Sequence record: LC739532.1
DNA length: 64,000 nucleotides
Reading direction: 5' to 3' (one strand)
From: Escherichia phage phiWec177
Part shown: in pieces, positions 27,102 to 36,048 of the stretch
Position numbering within the stretch: the stretch's first letter is position 1
How the letters are laid out: every line of letters starts with the position of its first letter
Program-made: the position numbers and the translations under genes
Notes under the pieces: generated by a model
The model's input: the letters and a program-made list of their open reading frames with translations, nothing else
What the model was told of the DNA's origin: nothing
Databases searched by the model: none

Positions 27102-27139
27102 ACACCGCAGCGGGGCTAAATAGCCCCAGATACCTGAAC

Positions 27140-27166
27140 AGCCCCTATTTAAAGGGGCTTTTTTAC
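27140..27166 (+). terminator. Rho-independent terminator (tandem hairpins)
   Basis: GGGGCT-aaat-AGCCCC then AGCCCCT-attta-AAGGGGCT followed by TTTTTT. Confidence 0.6.
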
Positions 27167-27340
27167 GTCTATTGAATTCTTATACAATCCCTTTCCCTCA
27201 CCTTCCTAGAATCTTATCAGACCTTAAAAGCAATAACTCTATAGTCTACTCTATAACCTCTTATCAAATCAACTAAGTGGCATTGTTACCAATCCCTTAA
27301 ATATAAGCCCATAACCCGAAAGGGAAGGGCAATCCCTTAA

Positions 27341-27430
27341 ACGCTCTATAACGCTCTATAACGCTCTATAACGCTCTATAACGCTCTATAACGCTCTATA
27401 ACGCTCTATAACGCTCTATAACGCTCTATA
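27341..27430. repeat. Perfect tandem repeat, 9 x 10 bp (ACGCTCTATA)
   Basis: Nine identical contiguous 10-mers seen directly; no spacers. Confidence 0.95.
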
Positions 27431-27599
27431 ACAGCCTTATCAACCTAACTTAAGCAATCATATTAACCCACTCTAAAAAGCCCTTTATAGAGCTTCTCAG
27501 AGCCTTAAAAGAATCTTATAAGGGTGTAAGCTTTATCGTCTCGTTAGTATTCTTGTGAATATCTAAAAAGGACTTGTTAGTGTCTTAAAAGTATGTTAT

Positions 27600-28260
27600 A
27601 GGGGCTATGAAGTTACGTAAAAGTAGCTTAAAAGTAGCTTAAAAGTTACGTAAATGCTAGCCCCCTTAACATTTTCTTAACAATTTCTTAACAATCCCTA
27701 CATAGTTATACTTTTAAGGCACTTGTTAGCAACTTGTTAGCCCCTTGTTAAATCTCTGTTAAGACCACGTAAAAGCCTTGTAAGAGTCTTTGACATAGCC
27801 TTAAAAGCTCCTGTAAAGCCCTATAAAGAGCTATCCATACAGTTGAGGGGTAAATACTAGGAAGAGACTTAAAAGAGCTTATAAAGAGCTATAGAGAGCT
27901 TTTAAGAGGTATGTTTAAGGAATCACTAGGGGTTGGTAACAATACCAATTAAGAGGGAAAGGGAACGATAAGACCAGAGATAGTGACCATGTTAATAGCT
28001 TGTTAAAAAGATTAAACACTTGTTAGGAACTTGTTAATTATCTTAACAAAATAACTCTTTAAAATTAACTTGTTAGCTCTTGTTAGGCATCTGTTAAGAT
28101 TCTGTAAAGACTATTCAGCACTTGTTAGAAAACTGTTACAACCTTGTTAGTTCTGTTAAGAAACTGTTAAGACCTTTGAAGAGTTGTTAAGAAGATGTTA
28201 GAACTGTTAAGAGATTGTTAAGGATATTTTAAAATTTTGCAAAGTACTTGTAAGGGAGCT
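27600..28260. repeat. Dense array of (C)TTGTTA(A/G)/CTGTTAAG heptamers and their complements at about 10-12 bp spacing
   Basis: More than 25 copies counted by eye, many at one-helical-turn spacing; also AAAAGTAGCTT x2 and TTCTTAACAAT x2 direct repeats. Confidence 0.8.
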
Positions 28261-28864
28261 GTTAAGGGCTACCAAGCAGATATACATCTTCTACAGATAT
28301 TTTTGAGTTCCTTCAAAGACCCTAAAAAATGACTTGATAGTCCTATTTTATAAAAATTTTAAGATTCTGAATAATTACCTATACAGTCTTTTAAAAATAC
28401 AGGTAGAAACAGGCTTATAAGATACCTTGTTAGTACCGTGTTAGACCTTGTGAGATAAGGCCTGTAAAGATATTCCTGTTAAGTTTGTTAAAACAGTCTA
28501 TATAGAGGCTTAGTAATACCTAGTGAACACCTATAGAGGGTATCATAGCTGACATAGAGATTAAGAGGTGTATAGGAGCTTCTAAGGGGGTGTAGAGAGA
28601 TGGTTAAGGTGATTGTATAGGCTGTTAAGAAGGTTTGTTAGAGGGCTAGTTAGAAGGGTTATACAGAGGGCTATTAAGACCACTAGATAGTTACTAAGAT
28701 ACTATATAGTACTATATAACTATATATATAGAGAGTAAGATTAAGAAGGCTGTTAAGAAGGATAGATATTTTATTCACATATGATGGTGACCCAGAGGTT
28801 GGGACAACCGATAAAATTTTATAAAAATTAAAAAGCCCCCAATTAAGGAGGCTCTTAAGATATT

Positions 28865-29545
28865 TTAAATCAGTGTTTCCAGAACTGTTTTTAGGGATGA
28901 CTTAGTTGTCTGATAAAAATGAGTGAATCCATTGTTGTTATCGAATATCTGCATCATGATATCATCTCCCTTGATTGGGTACACTCGGATATCATAGTGA
29001 AAACCATTAAAGACACAAGAACCACTACAGAATTCACTAAAGTCAGCCACTGAGATATACTCTTCGTGACCTGTGATTTTTATACAGACACCTTTACTCG
29101 GTCTCTTAGGTTTGATATCTTCCATAATAGACATACTCTGTCCACCAAGAGATACCATAGTGACCACTTTACGGTTCTGCTGTTTAACATACATTTCAAG
29201 TTTCTGCAAAGTATCTTTATAGAACGGATAAGACTCCTTAACAAAGATACCTTTTAGTGGCTCTTTACCATTCTTAACTTCTCTGATATGCCGTACTGAT
29301 AAGATAAGCTGCTCTAGTCTGTTAAGGCTTTCTTTGGATAATGCTTCTTGAACATCATTCCAGTCAAGTACCAAGTACTTTCTCTCTAATTCAAACTGTT
29401 TTTCCATATCTATCAAATCCTGAAAATACTTCTTAGTGATTTTTGACCACTCAGCAAAATGAATCTTTTTCTTCTTCCGAAGGAGAACCATATCTTTCAA
29501 GTTCATCCAATTCATCCTGCGAAGGTGTCCCGTAAGATTCTTCAT
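28865..29545 (-). CDS. Hypothetical protein
   Basis: 226 aa ORF, first gene of minus-strand block; start uncertain. Confidence 0.45.
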   Translation of the reverse strand: MKNLTGHLRRMNWMNLKDMVLLRKKKKIHFAEWSKITKKYFQDLIDMEKQFELERKYLVLDWNDVQEALSKESLNRLEQLILSVRHIREVKNGKEPLKGIFVKESYPFYKDTLQKLEMYVKQQNRKVVTMVSLGGQSMSIMEDIKPKRPSKGVCIKITGHEEYISVADFSEFCSGSCVFNGFHYDIRVYPIKGDDIMMQIFDNNNGFTHFYQTTKSSLKTVLETLI

Positions 29546-29710
29546 CGTACAATTTCATAGTGTGGTATAGAGTAAGTTTTATTTCCAGATGACATAGCTA
29601 AATCTTCTTTAGTAGAGTTATTCAGTATTGCTTTACGAACAATTTCTTTAAGTTTCATTTTCACTACCTTTTTTGGTTAAGAGGGGCTATCAAGTAACCC
29701 CTTCAAGATT

Positions 29711-29938
29711 TTACTCAGAATCCTCAGATTTCTTTTCAGTCTTCTTCGTTTTCTTTTCAGCTTTCTTCTCAACTTCTGGTTTTGATTCTACAGTAGCTTC
29801 AATAGCAATGTCCAGAAGTTTTGAAAGGTCAGCTTTAAGAACCGTTACAGGTTGTTCATTGTAGTAGTTCTTGTCAAGGTGCTCTTTCAGTTCGTTCAGA
29901 GAGCTAAAGCCGAATGGCTGGATAGGTGTCTTAATCAT
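29711..29938 (-). CDS. Hypothetical protein with Lys/Glu-rich C-terminus
   Basis: 75 aa ORF. Confidence 0.4.
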   Translation of the reverse strand: MIKTPIQPFGFSSLNELKEHLDKNYYNEQPVTVLKADLSKLLDIAIEATVESKPEVEKKAEKKTKKTEKKSEDSE

Positions 29939-30014
29939 TACTTAGTTTCTCCATAGGCATCTTTTAAGATTGCCTTATTAATCATTTCAGCGATTGCAAA
30001 ACGAACACATACAG

Positions 30015-30548
30015 CTATAATTGTAGGTTGCATTCTTTACTTACCTCTTCAAGTTTAAACTCAGAGTCCTTAAGTCGTTTCTTATGAACTCTGAACCTCA
30101 TTAGTGAGATGATGATACCAGCTAAAGGGACAGTATACAAGTACCAGATATCATGTAGCTTTGCAGTAATCTGTGTAATTGTCAAATCTTGAGCTATGCA
30201 GCTAATTGCTGATACTGCCAGTAACATTACTAAGAAGAACGCCAGTACCATAACAATACTTAGGCATCCTCTGGCATGGTGTTCATGCTTAATACACTTA
30301 TTCTTTTCGTCAACAACTCTGTTGTAGTCATTTGCAAAGTCTCTGTAGAAGGCTTTCAAGTATTCTTGATTGTAACCTTCAAAGCAACCTGTACCGTACC
30401 AATAATCACCACCAAAATGTGCTATGATACCAGTCTCTCCATTTGGTTTTGTCACTCTTAAAGAAGTATGATGGCAAGTATCCTGAAAATCTATCTTATA
30501 TCTTTCTTCGTAAATCATTTTCCAACCCCTCTCAATCGTTTGTTCCAC
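30015..30548 (-). CDS. Hypothetical membrane protein
   Basis: 177 aa; two hydrophobic helices in C-terminal half. Confidence 0.45.
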   Translation of the reverse strand: MEQTIERGWKMIYEERYKIDFQDTCHHTSLRVTKPNGETGIIAHFGGDYWYGTGCFEGYNQEYLKAFYRDFANDYNRVVDEKNKCIKHEHHARGCLSIVMVLAFFLVMLLAVSAISCIAQDLTITQITAKLHDIWYLYTVPLAGIIISLMRFRVHKKRLKDSEFKLEEVSKECNLQL

Positions 30549-30733
30549 TCAAGGTCAACAAGTCTTTGCAGGACTTTCCCTCTAGGTGTCACACCTTTTA
30601 AATCTGCATCGTAACAACGGTAAAAGTCACCTTCAGCGTGTTTACCATAGCATTTTCTAATATTCTGGCTTCTGCGATACTGCTCTAACAGGGACAGTTT
30701 GTAGTAGTCTTCGACTGTAGTTAGTTTTTTCAT
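30515..30733 (-). CDS. Hypothetical protein
   Basis: 72 aa ORF. Confidence 0.35.
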   Translation of the reverse strand: MKKLTTVEDYYKLSLLEQYRRSQNIRKCYGKHAEGDFYRCYDADLKGVTPRGKVLQRLVDLEWNKRLRGVGK

Positions 30734-30816
30734 TCTTTCACCGTGTCTCTTCTTTAGAAACTAAAAAGGGAACTACCTCTCGATAGCCCCCATCATAGTC
30801 AATATTGTATACTCGG

Positions 30817-31398
30817 TCAAGAGTATTTTTTAGGCAGCAATGCACTGCGCTTGTTACTCTCTTCACTCAACAGTGCAATGAAATCATCACTTTTACCTTT
30901 CCACGGGCTGAATGAAGGGATATGTTCACGGATAGCCTCAATCACTGTTTTAAGTGCTGTGTTCTTCATCCACCAATCAGAATCTGCTGATGCTACCACG
31001 TAGTATCCACCATCATCAGTTAAAATTGGCTCTGAAATACATGGTGAAATCAAAGTGGTGATGATTGAACCGTTGTTCATGTAGTATGTACGCTTCATAA
31101 CCTTTTCAAGAAGCTTGTGAAGGTCACCAAACAATGTTACAAGTTCTTTGTGGTCAATATCTTTTTCTAGGTTTGCTCGATACTTCAATAGTGCGGCATC
31201 AACCTCTCTGTCATTGAACTTGAAATATTGAACTTCTTCAATAAGGCAAACACTGATGTTGTTAACATTCATAGTCAACTTGCAAACTTTTGCAGGAGAG
31301 TTGATACTTGGCTGAAAAAGTGCAATACACCCTTCAATATTTCCAAAGTGTTGTACTAGTGTTACTTGTGGAGTAATATTCTGTTGCTCTTCGGACAT
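30817..31398 (-). CDS. Hypothetical protein
   Basis: 193 aa ORF. Confidence 0.45.
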   Translation of the reverse strand: MSEEQQNITPQVTLVQHFGNIEGCIALFQPSINSPAKVCKLTMNVNNISVCLIEEVQYFKFNDREVDAALLKYRANLEKDIDHKELVTLFGDLHKLLEKVMKRTYYMNNGSIITTLISPCISEPILTDDGGYYVVASADSDWWMKNTALKTVIEAIREHIPSFSPWKGKSDDFIALLSEESNKRSALLPKKYS

Positions 31399-31742
31399 TA
31401 CAGTTTCCTCATTAAATACTTTTTAAGTTGTGTGTTAGGTTTCTCAAAAACTTCTATAGAAGATATCTTGACAGATTCACCACGCATACCAGTATGTTTG
31501 AATATGTAGTACTCTAACATCCCTATGTACTTTGCTGGTAAGTCATGCTTGACATACACCGTTACAGAATCTTCAAACTCAACAACCTTTGTACCATCTT
31601 TGTAGTTAAACTCTTTAGGATGGTCGTAGTTGTCTATGTCGTACATTAAAAAGAGTCTTTTACGTTGTAAGTCAAGCTTATTTGTTAAAGACTCTTTGAT
31701 ATCTGAGAAGTTTTTGTAAACTGTGACATGGAGCTTACTCAT
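31398..31742 (-). CDS. Hypothetical protein
   Basis: 114 aa ORF, start/stop overlap with neighbours. Confidence 0.45.
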   Translation of the reverse strand: MSKLHVTVYKNFSDIKESLTNKLDLQRKRLFLMYDIDNYDHPKEFNYKDGTKVVEFEDSVTVYVKHDLPAKYIGMLEYYIFKHTGMRGESVKISSIEVFEKPNTQLKKYLMRKL

Positions 31743-32028
31743 CGTTAAACTCTCTGACGAAGAAATAGTTGACTTTGTTATTACCTACCATAAGGTCAAA
31801 GCAGGTATTCTCAAAAGGTTTGTTGTAGGCATCATATGAAACGTATGGGTCAGATACTTGCTTAGTACTTAACTTCTTACTTGATGGGTTTAAGAGGCCA
31901 CCATATAGTTTCTTGATAGCCTCTTCTACAACAGACCAGATAATATCGTCAGTAATTTCTTCGTACAGGTCAAGTTCACGCTCTAGTGAGAAGTCACAAA
32001 TAGGGAAAATAACCTGTACTCTACTCAT
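31735..32028 (-). CDS. Hypothetical protein
   Basis: 97 aa ORF. Confidence 0.4.
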   Translation of the reverse strand: MSRVQVIFPICDFSLERELDLYEEITDDIIWSVVEEAIKKLYGGLLNPSSKKLSTKQVSDPYVSYDAYNKPFENTCFDLMVGNNKVNYFFVREFNDE

Positions 32029-32426
32029 TAACGAATAACCTGTGAGACTTGAATTGCTTCAGTTACTGACAAATCACCCACTTTCTCTTCTTTGATAAAA
32101 GTGAAGGTGAGTTCAACAGGCTCTTGCTCTTCTTGCTCAACTGGAACACCATTAAGCTCATCAAAGATTGATTGAGTTGTCCAGTCTTCTCCACCATCTG
32201 GGTAGTGGATTGCGTAAAGAGGGAACTCTAAATTATACCAACCAAATACAGGGCAGCCATCTTCATCATCTCGCACCCGATGAAGGATGCTTCCAGACCC
32301 TGTAAAACGAATGAATAAATCTCCGTTGCACTTGAATATTACTGCGTCGGCAAAACCGATGTCTTCTCGACCATCATAACCAAATGTGTCAACCTTTACT
32401 TGAATGTCTCTAACATCTTTATTCAT
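32028..32426 (-). CDS. Hypothetical protein
   Basis: 132 aa ORF. Confidence 0.45.
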   Translation of the reverse strand: MNKDVRDIQVKVDTFGYDGREDIGFADAVIFKCNGDLFIRFTGSGSILHRVRDDEDGCPVFGWYNLEFPLYAIHYPDGGEDWTTQSIFDELNGVPVEQEEQEPVELTFTFIKEEKVGDLSVTEAIQVSQVIR

Positions 32427-32817
32427 AAAAACCTCTCTCTGCTTGTTCGATTTTTGCTCTTAAAGTTTCGCAATGCTGTAGATGGTAGTTAGCTTCTTGT
32501 TCATGTGTTGCTAACTGCCTTTCCAGAACAGATTTATAGTAACCTGCAAGTTGCTCTTTTGTCAATGGGTGCTCTGAAATAATATCAAGTCCACTTTCAC
32601 CAAGAGGATTGAATTGTCCATGTTCGTTGACATTGTAAGTCTCAAACTTGAACAGACCATTGTTCACAGACTCAATAGGTGAGAGTTCAACAAGCTCTAC
32701 AGTAAACCGTGTATATACCTTGTCACCTCTTGAAACCACATTGTTCCCGACAATGCGTACAAGCGAGCCATTACGAGTGTACTTAAAAGTCCCAAAGTCA
32801 CTAGCCCAAAGTTTCAT
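32419..32817 (-). CDS. Hypothetical protein
   Basis: 132 aa ORF. Confidence 0.45.
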   Translation of the reverse strand: MKLWASDFGTFKYTRNGSLVRIVGNNVVSRGDKVYTRFTVELVELSPIESVNNGLFKFETYNVNEHGQFNPLGESGLDIISEHPLTKEQLAGYYKSVLERQLATHEQEANYHLQHCETLRAKIEQAERGFYE

Positions 32818-32827
32818 AGTTTTCTCC

Positions 32828-32852
32828 TTAGAAAATAAAAAAGGCTCCCGAA
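32828..32852 (-). terminator. Rho-independent terminator (minus strand)
   Basis: On the minus strand GGCTCC-ttcg-GGAGCC followed by TTTTTTATTTTC, just downstream of the lysozyme gene. Confidence 0.6.
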
Positions 32853-32868
32853 GGAGCCTATGAAGATA

Positions 32869-33333
32869 TTACTTTGGATATAGATTGTCAAGATAAATGT
32901 CAGCTTCCTTCCTACGTCTGTTTTTCAGGCCGTTTGAAGTGACCTTCTTACCTTTGACTGTGACCTTGTTCCACCACTGCATAGCTTCTGCACAACCTAC
33001 CTTATTACCATCGTTGTGGCGCTTGATAAATGTAGAGTCCTGCATAGCCGTGATGCCAATGTTGTATGTTTCACTTACAAGTGCATCAAACTCGTTCTGA
33101 GAAGTTGGAACCTTGATGGCTTTGTTCACTGCTGCAACGAACTTTTCAACATCTGCGAGAAGGTACTGTTCAGCTTGTTCAGCGGTAATCTTCATACCCA
33201 TCTTAACAGGTTTACCAGCAATACGGATAGTCCCATACCCAATTGTGGGGATTCCAGCAGAATCTTCGTAAGCCTCCAGCTTAAGACCTTCAAAGAACTT
33301 AATAGCTTCTAAACCTTTTCTTGAGAGTTGCAT
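32869..33333 (-). CDS. Lysozyme (glycoside hydrolase family 24, T4 E-like); candidate endolysin
   Basis: N-terminal EGLKLEAYEDSAGIPTIGYGT catalytic-region motif; 154 aa. Confidence 0.75.
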   Translation of the reverse strand: MQLSRKGLEAIKFFEGLKLEAYEDSAGIPTIGYGTIRIAGKPVKMGMKITAEQAEQYLLADVEKFVAAVNKAIKVPTSQNEFDALVSETYNIGITAMQDSTFIKRHNDGNKVGCAEAMQWWNKVTVKGKKVTSNGLKNRRRKEADIYLDNLYPK

Positions 33334-33971
33334 TATACCCCCACTGCTGGGATAACTGTAACTGTAACTGTTGCCGCATTAGATGTTACATAGCCACCTG
33401 CACCAGTCACTACACAAGTGTAGATTCCTGAATCAGCAGTGGTTGCACCTTCTTTGGTGTAAGTTGCAGTAGTTGCGTCTGGGATGTTTTCCTCACCCTT
33501 CTTCCACTGATAACCTGTTGCACCTGTTGCCACAACATTCAGCGTTAAGGTCTCACCTTCAGTGATTTCTTGATTGGTTGGCTGTTGAGTGATTGATGGT
33601 GGCTTGATAGCATCCTTCAGCTTAGCATTCAGCATTGAGAAGGGCTTAACTCTTGCCAACCATTCACAATAAACTGTATCAACGTCTTTACCATTGATAA
33701 TTGCATATTGTAAGTCCATGAAGAAGTCAGAAGTTCTCATTTGAGCACCGATGCTGTAAAGCAACTCATCACTAAATGGGACTTTATAGTCTGGTTTGTA
33801 GTCAAACTTCTCAACTTCTGCAATATCAGCTTCAGGCCAATATGAACTATAGGTGAGTGGTAAAATAGCCTCTTGATATGTTCTAAAGTCATATCTCTTA
33901 CCAGCCTTTACATTTGCAATGAAGCCCTTCACAAACTCTTTGAAGTCTGGGTAAGTCTTTGCTTTAATCAT
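33333..33971 (-). CDS. Hypothetical protein with C-terminal Ig-like domain; paralogue of next gene
   Basis: N-terminal about 110 aa align by eye with 33968..34339 (shared ...GRFLMDIQYVI / ...SDFFMDLQYAI); C-terminal Ig-like segment YQWKKGEENIPDATTATYT...ADSGIYTCVVTGAGGY. Confidence 0.5.
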   Translation of the reverse strand: MIKAKTYPDFKEFVKGFIANVKAGKRYDFRTYQEAILPLTYSSYWPEADIAEVEKFDYKPDYKVPFSDELLYSIGAQMRTSDFFMDLQYAIINGKDVDTVYCEWLARVKPFSMLNAKLKDAIKPPSITQQPTNQEITEGETLTLNVVATGATGYQWKKGEENIPDATTATYTKEGATTADSGIYTCVVTGAGGYVTSNAATVTVTVIPAVGV

Positions 33972-34339
33972 TTCTTTTTAGCCTCTAAATGTGCGTTTAG
34001 TCTAAAATAACCTTTGTGATGCGGAGATACATCACCAACAACAATGCCTTTAACCTTATAACCTTTACCAATTACATACTGGATATCCATAAGGAATCTT
34101 CCAAGACCAACAATATGGAACATTGGATATAATAGATTCTCAGAATCTGGAATGTTGATTTCAGGTTTGTAGGTGCGTTGTTCTCTTGTTGGTGTAATAT
34201 CTTCTTCAGGCCATTTACTGAGTCTCCATGTCAAAGGTGTTGGGATAACATCATTAAGATTGTATCTTTCACCATTTTTCACGGAATTGATATAGGATTG
34301 TAGGAAGCAATAAAAGTCTTTTGCACTCTTAGCCTTCAT
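33968..34339 (-). CDS. Hypothetical protein, paralogue of N-terminal domain of 33333..33971
   Basis: 123 aa; shared motifs with downstream gene. Confidence 0.5.
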   Translation of the reverse strand: MKAKSAKDFYCFLQSYINSVKNGERYNLNDVIPTPLTWRLSKWPEEDITPTREQRTYKPEINIPDSENLLYPMFHIVGLGRFLMDIQYVIGKGYKVKGIVVGDVSPHHKGYFRLNAHLEAKKK

Positions 34340-34386
34340 TAAATATCCTTATAAATAGTTAAAGGGGCATCAGCCCCTATTCACAC

Positions 34387-34977
34387 TTAAGCTTTGGTCT
34401 TAAGTAGGTTCTTAAGTTTTTTAAGATTCATACTCTCATCAAACTTAAAACCAAATCCATTGACATAATCAATGAACTCGGATTTCTTACTGAGTGACAA
34501 TGCGTAACTCATATCAAAGTTCTTACTTGTTTCTGCGTCTGGACTAGAGTTCACATCAAATGAAATTTCTGTAGGTTCTTGCTTACTTTTTCTCATATTA
34601 TCAACCAACAAACATGTATAGTTTGCTGGATAGAAGTTTACACTACCATCAACGTAGCCGTACTTATTATTATGGGTAAGGTTGGAAAATACCTTAAGAA
34701 ATGTTTCTGGGTCGTGGCAAACAAGTTTGAATTGGCTGCTCTCTCCAAGCGCAACTAATGAGTACGGACTTTCACTATCAAAGTCATAATTTGGATTCGA
34801 TGCCGTTACTGTTACACGCATCAAGTTATTAGCAATAGTCTTCTGTTTAAAAGAATTTGGGACATAGTGAAAACCTCTGTCACACTGATTAACTAATTCT
34901 TTCAATAGGTCATTTGCATATGGTGAGTTAATTGATACAGAGCCATCACTATTGTAATTAAAACTTACTGTTAACAT
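34387..34977 (-). CDS. Hypothetical protein
   Basis: 196 aa ORF. Confidence 0.45.
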   Translation of the reverse strand: MLTVSFNYNSDGSVSINSPYANDLLKELVNQCDRGFHYVPNSFKQKTIANNLMRVTVTASNPNYDFDSESPYSLVALGESSQFKLVCHDPETFLKVFSNLTHNNKYGYVDGSVNFYPANYTCLLVDNMRKSKQEPTEISFDVNSSPDAETSKNFDMSYALSLSKKSEFIDYVNGFGFKFDESMNLKKLKNLLKTKA

Positions 34978-35204
34978 TTTTCAGTTCTCCTGCGGTTTAT
35001 AATTTTGCTGCAATAGAGAAACGAAGTAAACTCACTGGAAGAAACCATTAAGTGTTGTTCACTAGATTGAGCCATTGCCCTGAAATACATTCCAGTCAAA
35101 GCATCATAGTGACTATTCTTTCCAATTGAGGTTATATAGCCATGACTCTTTGCAGTTTGATATAAATCTATAATATCTGCGATTTCTAATTGGGAACTAC
35201 ACAT
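34971..35204 (-). CDS. Hypothetical protein
   Basis: 77 aa ORF. Confidence 0.35.
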   Translation of the reverse strand: MCSSQLEIADIIDLYQTAKSHGYITSIGKNSHYDALTGMYFRAMAQSSEQHLMVSSSEFTSFLYCSKIINRRRTEKC

Positions 35205-35368
35205 AGATAATCCTCTTGTCTTCTGTAATTTTGAAAGAACAGGTACAGACCAATTTCAGAGGATGAATAGTAGATTAACTCTACCCTTTTTGATTCCTTA
35301 CAGTGATTGGTATTCTTACCTTTCTTCGGTTTATTTGATTTTCTCATTAAGTCTCCTTTGTAGAACAA
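35186..35368 (-). CDS. Hypothetical basic small protein
   Basis: 60 aa ORF at 5' end of minus block. Confidence 0.3.
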   Translation of the reverse strand: MFYKGDLMRKSNKPKKGKNTNHCKESKRVELIYYSSSEIGLYLFFQNYRRQEDYLCVVPN

Positions 35369-35595
35369 GGCAGACCTACAGCTTTAAGTAAGATGGTACA
35401 GTAATCCATACAACAAGTCAAGAACTATTGCAAGTTAAAAAGTTGTTGACAAAGTACTTGACAAGGTGTAGGCTTATAAATACTTAGAAGATAACTTAAA
35501 AGGTTCCTCTAAAAAGGCTATTTAAACAGATATCTTTCTGGATATCTATCTTTTATCTTAAAAGCCTTTTAAGAGGTCTTATAAGAGGCATACCA

Positions 35596-35967
35596 ATGAA
35601 AAACAGAACAAACAAAGGCCAGTTTAAAAAAGGCCAGTCTGGAAACCCATCTGGAAGACCAAAAGGCTCTCGTAACAAAAGCTCACTCGTAAAAGCTCAA
35701 CTGACCATTGATAATTCTGCTGAGTTTGCTGCAAAGTTGTTTGAAGCGATTGTTACAAGGGACGCTGCTAAGCTTGCAGAGTTCGGTTTGACGACTGATG
35801 ATGTAAACCTGAAGGCGATGATGGAAGCTGGTAAAACTATCATGACCCACTCAGCAGGTGAGATGAAAGCAATTGCAGCAGACACTAAGAAGACTCCTGA
35901 TAACGGTGGTCAGTCTCAGACAGATAACAAACCAACGTTCTCTGCTGTTGCAACCCTCAAAAAATAA
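35596..35967 (+). CDS. Hypothetical protein with N-terminal GNPSGRPKG motif
   Basis: 123 aa; basic Gly/Pro-rich N-terminus KGQSGNPSGRPKGSRNK. Confidence 0.45.
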   Translation: MKNRTNKGQFKKGQSGNPSGRPKGSRNKSSLVKAQLTIDNSAEFAAKLFEAIVTRDAAKLAEFGLTTDDVNLKAMMEAGKTIMTHSAGEMKAIAADTKKTPDNGGQSQTDNKPTFSAVATLKK

Positions 35968-36048
35968 TTTTAAAAGGTGTTGACAGACTCTACAAAATTG
36001 CTCTAAAGTCTGTCACATCAAACAACAAATGAGAGAAGAGAGTAAAAT

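Larger units (their letters stand above)
27102..28864. other. 1.75 kb ORF-free region between convergent gene blocks
   Basis: No ORF of 60 aa or more on either strand in the track; contains the repeats above. Confidence 0.8.

Noticed and set aside
27341-27430. Tandem repeat array considered as a possible CRISPR array
   Set aside because: Units are contiguous 10-mers with no spacers and no cas genes; it is a simple tandem repeat.
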